64,000 bases of DNA. Source: Tubiluchus corallicola. Its lineage: Eukaryota > Animalia > Priapulida. Below the pieces are notes generated by a model. It saw nothing but the letters and a program-made list of their open reading frames with translations. It was not told the origin of the DNA and did not search any database. The stretch is taken from the NCBI GenBank assembly GCA_030141605.1, contig JAQGDQ010000191.1, positions 186,001 through 250,000 on the forward strand, given 5' to 3'. The translations under genes were made by a program, and so were the position numbers. Positions 27,086 to 40,729 of this stretch are shown piece after piece. Within the stretch, counting starts at the first letter, position 1. The number at the start of each line of letters is the position of its first letter.

Positions 27086-27811
27086 TTGCTGTAGAAAATT
27101 TTAGCTCGTATATGTATTACCCTGCGTCCTGCTTTAAAAGAAGAAAAAAGTCATTTTTTCACTTGTACATTAATGTGCAAAGCGGGCAGCTAAACTGCTG
27201 AAGTACTGTTCAAACAAAATTGTAAGAAATACTTGTTGTGCATCTACTTACATGCGTACCACCCGACCCACCTACATGTGTACCAGCATACTTTCTGTCT
27301 ATTTACAACTTTTTTGTTGTGTTTTTATTTGGCTACCTACCTATCTAACTACTTACCAGTCGATCTATAGGTACTGATATGCCCCTTCAAAAAGCGGTTA
27401 AATGTAGATATACTTTAGCAGCAGTTCTTGCAACAAGGGCCAAAGCAATAACTATGTGATTCTACTACCCAAGTAACCTAGAACCACAATCTAAGGCCTA
27501 ACAAGATGTTTGTGGCTTGAATGGGCGTTGACTGGGTATACCAAGTTTTTGTTCACACAGCGCAGCGGATTTCCCTTTATCCAAATCGATTAAAAACTAA
27601 ATTATCCTGTTGTATTGTGCATACAATCGTGGTTGATACAGTTTCAATTCATTTTTTATTAGATTTCTGCATGAAATTAAAAGAAAGATTGAGGTATCGG
27701 TAGTAGAATTAACTGTTGCAGAGGCATTGGTAAATCAACCAATTTAAAAAAATAATAATACATGTAATTGTAGTCATTGGTTTTTTTGTCTTCCATGCAA
27801 AACATTTATCA

Positions 27812-28310
27812 AGCAAAGCATTTAACAGTTTAGACAATGCCTTATTGCTTAATAATCTCAAATTTCTTGGATTTAACAATGCATCTCTTAACCTGATCAG
27901 AAGTTATTTACAAATAAGAATTCTGCTTGCCAAATTATTTCCAAATGGACCAACATAAAGACAGGCGTACCACAAGATACACTCCTAGGGCCTTTACTTT
28001 TTTTTCTACATATGTCAACAATATACCTAAAATTTTACAATATGCTGATATAATCCAATATGCAGACGACTCTACACATACTTTGCACTTGAAAATACTG
28101 ATACAGCACTCGAATGGCTTGAGAATGTCACAAACATAAATGCAGCATTTCAATACTATAAATTAAAAATGACAAAATAAAATTTATGATCTTATCACCT
28201 TTCAAAGTTATTCAGTACATCACATAAAACATTACGTATAGGCAATGCAACAATAGAACAATAAATTTTCTAGGTTTGCGTGGACAACAAACTGAGCTGG
28301 AATGATCAAT
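27812..28310 (+). mobile_element. Degenerate non-LTR retrotransposon (CR1/L2-like) reverse transcriptase fragment
   Basis: SKAFNSLDNALLLNNLKFLG..LNLIRSYL, GVPQDTLLGPLLF, YVNNIP..QYADD, and later FLG..DNKLSW, interrupted by frameshifts. Confidence 0.85.
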
Positions 28311-28616
28311 TCAATACCATTTACAATAAACTAAGAGCATCAAACTATGATCCTTCCACACTACCTTTGCGGATACCATTTTTTAAAGCCTAAAAGACAG
28401 AATTTTATAAAATTAAAACAAAACCTTGCAGAACTGTGCGCTGAAATTGATATATGGATTTTCACATAAATTATAAAAGATAAGCATGGTTCTGTTACTG
28501 AATTAAAAAAATCATTAAAGACTAATTCACTCTTCTATTTATGTTCAAATACATTAATAACATGAACATAACATTCATTCAAAATACGCTACCATTTTTA
28601 CCCAACCCCATTTTAA

Positions 28617-30582
<1,966 letters not shown>

Positions 30583-33500
30583 CATTTTAAATTTGAAGTT
30601 TTAACCTAATTAATTAATTAATTAAACTTTTTAACTAAAGCAAGTTAGAACTAACAACCAATATTGTCATAATGCATTTACTGAACAAGCTGTATATCTA
30701 TGGAATACTCATTCCTTTGGAAATTAAGCAAGCCAATTCATTAAAACGATTAAAAAAAAATAGCAAAGAAATATACTACTGACAGATTCGAATACCCAAT
30801 GTGCTAAAATGATAACATTCATTCAGACTCATTTTTCATTTTCCCAAGCCCGTAATAGTACTCCTCATCTGGATTAATGATTAAAGAAATAACATAATTC
30901 TACTCAATCATCTGGGCAATCTGAATTTTTTTCTTGATGCGCACGTTTAATTTTATTATATCACAGTCAATTTATTCTTTATTTCGATTGTAGTGTCCAT
31001 AACATTTATTTAAACTATCGTGTACTAACTGTTTATTGTATCTTTTATCATTTTACGCGAACAAATATTGTATAAAATTTCCGGTGGTGAGTTTTTCTGT
31101 GTATTTTTTTAATATGTATGTAGTTATAATTTTGATGTTTTAAGTTGCACTTGTGTTAAACTGTAATAATTTGCACTAGACGCATTTGCCATTAAGCAGT
31201 GCAGGTTTAAACCATAATCACTGGATGATGAATTTGTAATGTTTTTATTGTTTTCATCTGATTTTAAATTATCAAACAAAGATTTAATGCACATATACAT
31301 ACTGTGCAAGTACAGTAACATCTTAACCAGTTTGAAAATTGCCTGTAAATTATAAATGCTTTTTTATAGTACATTGCACGAAATATATAGCGTCATCTAG
31401 ATACAAAACTGAAAATATTATAAACCTTCAACTTTTAATACAGGATACCATATTTACAATATGGAAACCAACATTTCAAGTTCACTAGCATGGCATAAAT
31501 CTGGGCACTCATAACACCCCGCCACATGCCACATTTGCTGCTAGTCCCATATTATTCTCTGCAAAACTCTGCACAGAGGAGCAACATAGCTGAGGTCTGC
31601 AGCACATTTGTTTGCAATTATACGAGCACCCATGCATCCGGCGTGTACTTGCATGAAGCCAGTGATATAAGTCCCTCTTTTACAGCTTTGTGTGCCGTTT
31701 CCTTTACGTGCCTCTCTTTGGATTTGTCTGCTGGCGGTCAGTTTGGCTTGCTATTTGTCCTACCGCATTTTCTGTGGCTTTGCATAAGTTGTTGCTATAA
31801 TAGACAGGCACTCGGACTAGCACATCGGTTATTTAGTTTTGGCGCCATATAGCATAAACAACGGGGATAATTTTTAACATTCGCACACTCAAAAGGTAAG
31901 TGACCTTATACATAATGTTATAATAATCGTAAGTTTAACTGCTACAATCTCACTTTTAGGCGTAGGCCTTGTAACGTTACCAATATACAGGCCTAACTAT
32001 AGGCGCGTTACAATGCACGTCATTTTGCTGATAACTCGTAAGAACTTTGCACAATTACGTGACAATTACTTTGCGGTAGTGCTTGTAACGTAGTAATTAT
32101 TACAGAGCCTAGTGTTGTTTCAATCAGAAAATAAGCTCATAATCAAAGCTCATTTGAAATTCGCGTCACGTTAACAAGGTAGCGAAATATGCAAGCAAAA
32201 ACTGCAACTTTCATCTGCAAAAGTGCAATAAAGGACTGCGTGCAACAACAAAAGTCCAAAGCAGAGCTGTAAATCTTTGCTTGTTGCATGTTCAATACAA
32301 ATTTCTATGCCTGCGTAATACACAAGCATAAAAATATGAAGTAAAGGGCTGAATTTGTAAAAATAGCTGCATTAAACATTACTATAATAGGCCTAGAATG
32401 CACTTCGTAAATTCGTAACACTTGTGTGAAGTAAATGACTTACGACACTTGGCAATTGTGTATGCCGTTGCTTGGACTGGGACTGGCGTTTTACCTACTG
32501 CTTTTCATACTGACCAAGTTTTTACTTTTTAGCAGTTACAAATGTTTATTCGGAGACCAAACGGCCTGATGTGAATAGCCTTGAGTGCATCTAGCAGACC
32601 CCTGTGAAACATCAAGTTATTTAGATAACAACTGTGGTAATTCAACAGCTTACCAAAAGCGCAAATACGTGTACTTTTAAAAATAAACGCACACGAGAAA
32701 TGAGCTCACTTTAGAAAGCAAAGCGTACGCATGCACATATAAAAGAAGGCACAATTGTTAGTATGTTGCAATTACTGTCAGTGCATAAGGTTTTTGTCCA
32801 GTACTGCCCTATTCATATTTTGCCAAATTCAAAAGCCATCTTCAGTATATTGGAAATTGGAATTTGGAAAATAACAACGAAACGTTTGATACACGCCCGT
32901 GTGTTTTTTACCAGTTTTCTGCATTCCAAACGACATATGAAACCAAATCAACTCGTCTACCCCAAAGTTCAGTCAAGAAATACATTCGTTAAGTCGGTGT
33001 TTCGCTAAAGCTAAGTCAGCCAAGATAAATATCTAGGCACAACAATGCTGAAATTAAAGAAAACACCCGGATCACACTAACTTGGAAAATGGTTTGCTAT
33101 CTCCGTTTGCCCATATTGGCCATAATCAAATCGTATCTCGTGTTATGAGCAAAAGTGCGCCTCCATAATTTTTCTTTTCACGCAACTTGACACTAATGTT
33201 GACGGTTGTAGTAGGACAGGATTGTACTTCCTCATCGAGGTTAATCTTCTGTGATGAGACGCTGAAGCAGTAGAAGCGTCATTGTCACTTTCGTGTGCAT
33301 CATCTCTGCGTCATTTTAACAGTTACTACTACTTGTTACTTGGTTCATTTTTGGGTGAATAAAGTAGTGGCCAAAATCTCTGACCCCAGATTGACCGATT
33401 ACACCTCGGATAGAATAAACGTCAGATTGACCAGACTCGAAACAGACCAGCCACAGATTAAACCTCAGAAGGCTCAGACTCAGCTGATCCCAGTCCAATA

Positions 33501-34062
33501 ATTGGAACAAACCCAGGCCGCGACGTGGCTTGTCCACGTACCACGACCAGCCCTGCATTAGTTTGTTACATAATGCATAATTTTTGCGACACAATTACGG
33601 ACAAATCGTTACATAATGACGAATTTTGTGATTTGTAATATAATGCAACATTTTTATTAGATAATGCTGCATGGTTACATAATAAGCCTTTTGTTACCTA
33701 ATGAACTTTAACACACAATATAACAAGAAATACCATTAAAGTACTAAGAATAAAATCTAAAAATGTTGTTTATGGGTTCGTTGCAACGTTGAAACTATTA
33801 AACCTTGTCAGACATACTAACTGCATTTAAAAGGGCCGTTTTTACACCGTTAAACTGTCTAATACCGGCAACTGTGAACAGTAAAACCTAAAATCTCAGT
33901 ATATTCATAAAGCACATGCTTTCACGCTCCCCCAGACACATTGGAATTGCCTTCTCAAAACACATCAAAAAGCAACTTGACAAAAATTTGCTTCTTATTC
34001 ACAGGAACGCTCACTCTTGCTGATCCATCATGCAGATGTGCTCAGATTGGAGGACGTAAAAC

Positions 34063-35076
34063 ATGGTAAGAGAGCCAAGGAGAAGAAAACATTATCCCTT
34101 GTATTCTACTGGCTGGTTTCTTTTATTTTTATTGGTAAGTGGTGCTTACAAGTTGACATTGATTCAGAAAAATTGTTCCTGTGTTGTCGCATTGCACGTG
34201 TTCTTACTCTACGAAAAAGAAATACCTGGAAGGCAGTTTTGCAGATGAAACTAGCTAGAAGCAATTTTCCCAAAGGTCACTCATTCATTTACTAACCAAT
34301 CTCAGTGCTGTTTAACTTTCTTCACACAGTATACAACCACTTATATTTAATTCTTTCACCGCAGGTATATCTGTATTATTGTTTACTATATTAGAAGCGT
34401 GAGTATCATTTACTAAGCTAGCAGAAGGTACCCTATGAAAGTACTGTTGTAATTTTACTGACTAGCCAGACTACACTATCTCAAATAAACGAATATAAGA
34501 GTTTTGTATTACAATCATTACTATTTTGCGTGATTTACTATGAACACTAGAATTGCTATTATTGTCAGAACGAAGCCCATTGCGTATCGTGCAGCCTAAA
34601 CACAAACCTTGTCTAGCACGATTTTTATGCATAGGCTACGTGGTGATTTATATTGTTTAAATCAGGAATCCCAGTTTGCTTACAAGTATGGCTTCTTCAT
34701 CGGAAACGATCAAATAGAGTCTATCTGAAAAGATCCAGATGGTCGAATTTTCCTGCCTTTTTGTTATAACTGAAAGCTTATCTGTAATGTATCATTACTA
34801 GAAACAGCTCTCAGTTATTACAGCCCTTAGGGCTATAATAATCATTTATGTTTGCTCCGACTAGTTGAGAACATATCAATTGTAAAACTGTCTGTTTTAA
34901 ACCTAGTTTGTTATGTTACATCTCCAATAAAATTATGTTTAAACCAATCTGCATTTTTACATTTTTGTTATAAGCAAATTATTGTTTGCAGATTTTGTTG
35001 CTGATAGAAGATCACTTGGTTTTTTACTGCTACTTGGTATATCAAGTCATCGTAGCTTTGAGAATTATGTTCGCAA
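34063..35076 (+). CDS. Candidate alternative 5' coding exons of cytohesin (hydrophobic N-terminal extension)
   Basis: Exons 34005-34134 (or ending at 34065, ATG|gtaaga) and 34992-35076 (ILLLIEDHLVFYCYLVYQVIVALRIMFA, phase 0 to 1) have strong splice sites and join in frame to the phase-1 acceptor at 43002. A non-coding exon ends at 31895 (aaag|gtaagt). Confidence 0.5.
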
Positions 35077-37287
35077 GTAAGTCTTTCAATATCTTTTTTG
35101 TCTTTTACCGGCCATGCACATTACATGTATATCACGTGACGCTAATTCAATTTTATAGTGACACTCTGCAAGCCGTTTCAACAGCAATATCTGCATAGGT
35201 AGATAAAGTTAATTGTAGCGGGACTGGAATCTTTTTGTACAATTTTGGCCATAGTCAGCACTCACAGACAGGACCCTTTCAACGAGATGTGTAGCATGAC
35301 CGGAGCCTGACTCACAATCAAACTACGTTCAGATGCATATACATCATCTTTCTACGAGATAAACAGCCAAGGTTAAATGGTACTGCCCGGAACGAGTGAA
35401 TATCGGAATCCAAGCTACCGTACACCACTCGCACCAAATCACAAGTGCCTAATACACTCGCCACACCCGTGTCATCATCAAAGATAACTTTTCAAGATGA
35501 ATCACTATAACCCATAACAGGTGTAGGCTACATTCGGATTTATGTATTTTCTCTCAGCTTCGTGATTAGCCAGTGACAGAATGGAAAATGAAAGCGTAGA
35601 AGTGTCACCCATCCATTTACTGAGCAGGCTTGGCAGTCGGCACTACTAACTTTAGTCACCACTTTGGGCACGGTGACCACTCAACTACGCACCTGTATTC
35701 CTTTTTCTTCGTATTAGGATGTACCGAAACGTGGCTTCTTTGGTAACATTGAGCTGCATAAACTGAACATAAATTACCCAGACATGGCTAACAAAATTAG
35801 TGCTTACACGTGAGGTGACTATAAACTGTCTCATCATTTCTTATAATCTCTTAGTCACTGGGTGATTTTCATTGTGAACTGTTTTAGAGATATTGATCAT
35901 ACCAGCCCTGGAAAGACGCGATATAGGCACTGAAACGTTTCAGGTGATTCACAGATATAGCCAGTCACTTAAACAGTGATTAATGGTCCCACGATGCGTT
36001 TTTATTGGATTCAATCAGAAAAATAGACCATAAAAATAATGAAAAACGGCACAACAAAAGTGGAAGACAAAATCTTATTTCTGCGACTCTGGAAGGTATC
36101 TCAAGCAGTTGAAAAACAAGCATTCAAACGGCTTTGCAATAAACGAATTGCAAATTTGGCGACATGCACCGCAGTTAGTTAAAGGAAAACCGGATGATTG
36201 TGTAAACACGAGTTCAGAATAAAAAATTCTCTAAAATATTGAAAACTACAATAGCTTATTTTAAATCAAAGCTTAGATTAAATAATAATTACCTCGGATA
36301 CTCAAATTTCGTTAAACTTTCAAAGCTACGCGCGACTCAGTGAAAATACTAAGATTGGCAGCGGTGCCTTTTTGTCCCGTGCGCGTGGCCGGCAAATAGA
36401 AGGGGCGGTATCGTGATAACCATGATCACGAACTGCTGTGTTAGTTTCATGACGTCATATGATGTAAAGCCCATTTTCGTGACATCATGCGTTTAAGCAG
36501 TATTGTAACACCTATGCAAATGTGCTTGACGCGCAAGGGAAGACGCCTGCCATTACACAAACTGTGGTTAGTTTCTGACGTGAGTAATAGCTTACCGTTA
36601 ATTAACTTTCTAAGCTAATTATTCAAATATAAGGAAGAACTGTTAACTTTCATAGGCAAAAAAATTTATATTTTGGACAGTAAATTAAAATGAGATTGAG
36701 TCTAAACAATCGTCTGGTCTTCCTTTAAAAGTTAAAGCACCTCAAGTCTTAAACAACACAGTACATAGTGAATTGGATGATGCCATGACGCAATATGTTT
36801 AATAGCACTAGTTAATTCATATCTTTTGGTGTTAAAAGCTCGTGAACTTGTTTTTGTCCCTCGAAATTTGTTGTTTGGACCACCCTGTTAGTCAAATTTA
36901 TCAAAGCCGCTTTAGATTATTATTCATGGCATTAAAGGGGGTTAGTTTGCCATCTAGTATCAACATTAGAAATCATAACTCTAATCAATCATCAAATCCT
37001 TGAACTAACAAGAAGCCAAAGCAACGTCCTCAGAAGGGTAATGAACCCCTCTTTCAAGCGTATCTGAATTGTACTGAACTGTATGATTCACTTTTAGATC
37101 CATAACAATAACAATTATGGGAAAGAGTATTCATCAAAATAATGACAAATCTGCTCAGTATATTTGACAGTATCATCGACAGATGGCACCACGTCAGTAG
37201 CTAATGAACCATAGTCTTAATTCTGTGAATAGAACCAAATTTCCAAGACTTGAATTAACTTTGATTCTTTCGGAAACCTAGTGCGAA

Positions 37288-37600
37288 TTAAAAACGTCAT
37301 ATATAAAAATCATCATTATTCAAAATTTTCCAGACCGCTCATGAGAGGTTTCGAGTAACCGCGTACTAAAAAAACAGAATCCATATCGGCACTGCAAAGC
37401 CAAAAAGCACAAGAGCCAAAATTTGTGATTGTTTCTGTGTACCTTTTGGCTTTGCAGAAGCTTCGGTATAGAGTCCATCTGTTTTTGTTTTTTTTTCAGT
37501 TAACTAACGACGGGTATGTCATTACTGGAAAGGTCTCTTCGTGAAAGCTCTGGAGAATTTCGAATAAAGATGATTTTTTATGTTATTTTGACGCTTTTAA
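37288..37600. mobile_element. Palindromic MITE flanked by TTAA (Kolobok/piggyBac-type target site)
   Basis: TTAA|AAACGTCA..AAAATCATC..CTGCAAAGCCAAAA pairs with TTTTGGCTTTGCAG..GATGATTTT..TGACGCTT|TTAA. Confidence 0.65.
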
Positions 37601-38582
37601 AGAATTTATTCCATTTGTATTCTCATTCTCAAGTATGAATGCAATCCCAAAAACTAGAGATTTTTTTATTAAATAACAATCCATAGATAACAGTTATTTA
37701 AAAGCCAGTATCGCCTGCATTGACATCTTGTCGAGACATCATATATGGCTTCTTTTTTGATAGAAAAAGGCATCGACCGTTGAATGATGCATTCGCGTAG
37801 CTGATTTACGATCATCAGCTATTTTTTTGGTAAACTGATCGTAACGCAAACTTTTTAAGATGAAAGTAATCTTTACAGGGTTATCAAACTGCGTCTCATT
37901 GTTTTTTAAAGTTGCATGATAGCGCTAATTCTATCCTGATCATATTGTACTTTTAACGTTTTACTTAGACATGATTGGATCGTAAATCATAAGTCAGCAT
38001 CAATTCCTTTGATGAAAAGGAATAATCATTTTCCTATCAGGAAAAAACTAAAACAAAAAAATGTAATTTTTATAAACTGCTTAACGTATCGAAAAGCTTA
38101 AAAACATCCGATAATTAACAGAACTGATGAGTACTGGGCAGAAAGCCAAGAGGGTATTACGGAAAAAACTGCCCAGGGAATATAGACCTGTAACCGCAAT
38201 GATATTTGATTAGATTAATGAAAAATGGATTAATTTTAAAATATTTTTTAAAAAATGTAGCAAAAACTGACGCTTTTGTATAGTACACTGTAGCAGGTTT
38301 AGTATTTTACTGATTATAAGCAAAAAGCAATTTTAGAGCCGACTCAACGTAGAGGAAAAATTAATTAAGTTATTTAGTATAATCAAGCTTACAATATACT
38401 CGCACGGCAGAACTGCCGCAGAAGCACTCGCAAATTGAAAAAAAACAAATGCCCCTATCCTTATAAATAACTGCGCTCGCGTCGCTTATTAAAGTAATGT
38501 CTTACAACAATAACCATCCACCCCCACGCATCTACAATGAGAGCGGTCGTGACTAAGGCTGAAGCCAGTGCTGAAGCCGCCG

Positions 38583-38806
38583 TGACTCAGACAGCGCGGG
38601 CAATCCGATATCCGTAACCGCAAGATTTCCGATGTTTATATATAAGAGGGAATGCGGCAACGTTGATAACTTCCCGTCCGCGCTCTTTGCTCTGCAACCG
38701 AGTGTGGAGAAAAATGTTTTGTTGTTAATTTTCAAACGCCGTTAACCACAGACAGACATCGGCTGTTGCTCGTCGTAGATGCCGGAACGCTGTTACATAA
38801 CGCGAA
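38583..38806 (+). promoter_or_regulatory. Candidate internal promoter and first exon of cytohesin (AP-1 site, TATA, MPERCYITR-phase-1 donor)
   Basis: TGACTCA 38583-38589, TATATATAAG 38637-38646, CpG-rich context, ATG 38779 to A|gtgagt 38806/38807, phase-compatible with exon 43002. Confidence 0.5.
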
Positions 38807-39847
38807 GTGAGTCTTAGAATCATATAAATAACAATGTGACAGTTGTTTGTTTTTTAAACGGAACAATACCTCCCATTTTCTTTATCGATTTTTCGAGATA
38901 ATAATTTTGGATTCTGCTCTCTGCGCAGTTTATTGTTGCAGTGTACGTTGCAGTCTCCGTAATGCTGTGTGATGTGTGTAATTCATTGTGTGTAATCTCA
39001 AGCGGCATTCTTATACCATGAATCAGTGCTGACAGGACGCCGATTATAAGGTGGTAGCTGGGTTAAACTAATCACGAGTTAGACATTCGGTGTCTTGTAT
39101 CTGTATTTGAATAATTCAGAAAGTAACAGAAACCAAGTTTTTCTCAGCTGGTTAACATTAATTTAGCGTATGGAGTGCATCTGTGTGCAGCTGGGTCAGA
39201 TTTGGTTCACAGTAGCATATCCCACTGTGCACAGTGGCGTCTAAAGGAGGGGAGTTAACTTACAAGCATACTTGTTTGCTCCGGTAAATTCCTCTTCCTC
39301 GCAGTTTAAAATTTTGTTATTCTTACAAAACAAAGCTTGAAAACAAGTTGGGCCATGAAAAGTTTTAGTTTTAGAATTCCGTATATTTTGTGTGCGAACG
39401 GAGTTAATAAAATCATTTTAGAAAACGGTATTTGCCTCGATACAATTTCTTATGCTGTGAAATTAGTGTTGTTTGACAATCAATAGAACTTTGATCTTTG
39501 CAACGCTACCACACATCAAAATCTGAAGGCGAAAGCTCGGAATACTGTTTCTTCCCAAACAGTTGATAGTGCGGAAGCCTGTCGTAAGGCTTACACAGGG
39601 TTATTAACTCACTTGGAATACTGTGACTAATCAGCCACTCGGAATGACGACTTGGTGTAACTATAATTTTGTATTTATATTATTTTTACTCAAGGTAAAA
39701 TTTCTGAACTGTAGTTTATAAAAGACCTTATTGAACTCTCCTAAGGTTGTAAATATGGTGTGAGTTTGCTTAATTACATAAATAAATAAATTGTAAGTAA
39801 ATTGAATATAATAATTCGTCTCTAGCGTATGCGAATATATAGGTAAA

Positions 39848-40048
39848 ATGGCACGAAAAAAGAACAAAAGAAAATTGGGCAAAAGTGGAAAAATAACACT
39901 TAACCCTAATCTAATAACACACGTCCTCTCTTTAGAAGATAAAAACTTTCAAAAAAGAATTAAGCTCCAAATAAACTCATACTTTATTGTGCCATTTTCA
40001 TGTTTTTTAATTTGTGCCCCTTTATCTGGTGTTCTTTTTATGTGCCAT
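39848..40048. mobile_element. MITE-like element with inverted ends and an internal TAACCCTAA
   Basis: ATGGCACGAAAAAAGAACA pairs imperfectly with TGTTCTTTTTATGTGCCAT. Confidence 0.5.
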
Positions 40049-40610
40049 AATTAGTTTGTTACTTTCATCTTGCACAACTATTATTGTACAGTATTTATTT
40101 GTAGGACCATTTTAGGATTTAAAAGGCACAGGTAGTTGTACAGTAGTTTAGATGAACGGGTTCATCTTATTGGGTGTACCAAAAATCAACACCCAAAAAT
40201 CACTCGAAGTTAAACTCTTCTCTATGTCCATATTACGTTAATAAAATGTTGGCAATGAATCTCTCTTTCAATTATATATACACTCCATGCAATACCATAA
40301 TTTATAGGCTACGAATATCGTGGCTATCAAACTCGGCACGAAACGGCTTCATTCCAAGACATTTAATGTAAGACGTTTATTATTCTACTTGATTAATAGG
40401 AACGCGCCTTAATGTAAGAGCAGTAGACTTTCGCGTTTGTAATCGTTCATATCGATTTTGACCTGTTCAAATTTAAAATAGTCAATTTAAGGAAGCTGCA
40501 ACAGTCGGCGTCATTAAGAACTATACCACTACGATAATGCAATCACAAAATGAAAGTCAACGTATATTGGTATGGAGTCTATTCACAAGTACTAGAATAT
40601 GTTATTGTCC

Positions 40611-40729
40611 GTTTACACGATCAGTTTTTAAACAATCAAACTAAAAACTGATAAACAATACTATCAGTCTAGAAACTGTCAAACTAAAACTGACAAACTA
40701 GTTTTACGAAAAAAATGATTGTCTAAACA
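40611..40729. mobile_element. Short MITE-like element with AAACTGA repeats
   Basis: GTTTACACGATCA ... TGATTGTCTAAAC inverted ends. Confidence 0.4.

Noticed and set aside
31526-31852. 108-aa ORF upstream of the candidate cytohesin distal exon
   Set aside because: No recognisable domain or supporting splice structure.
34017-34398. Alternative frame KEKKTLSLVFYWLVSFIFIGISVLLFTILEA with loose SERP1/RAMP4 resemblance
   Set aside because: No in-frame ATG in this exon or in the upstream exon ending at 31895, which has an in-frame stop; similarity is only compositional.
38124-38147. CTGATGAG...GAAA hammerhead-like core
   Set aside because: Stem II cannot pair, and I see no stems I or III.
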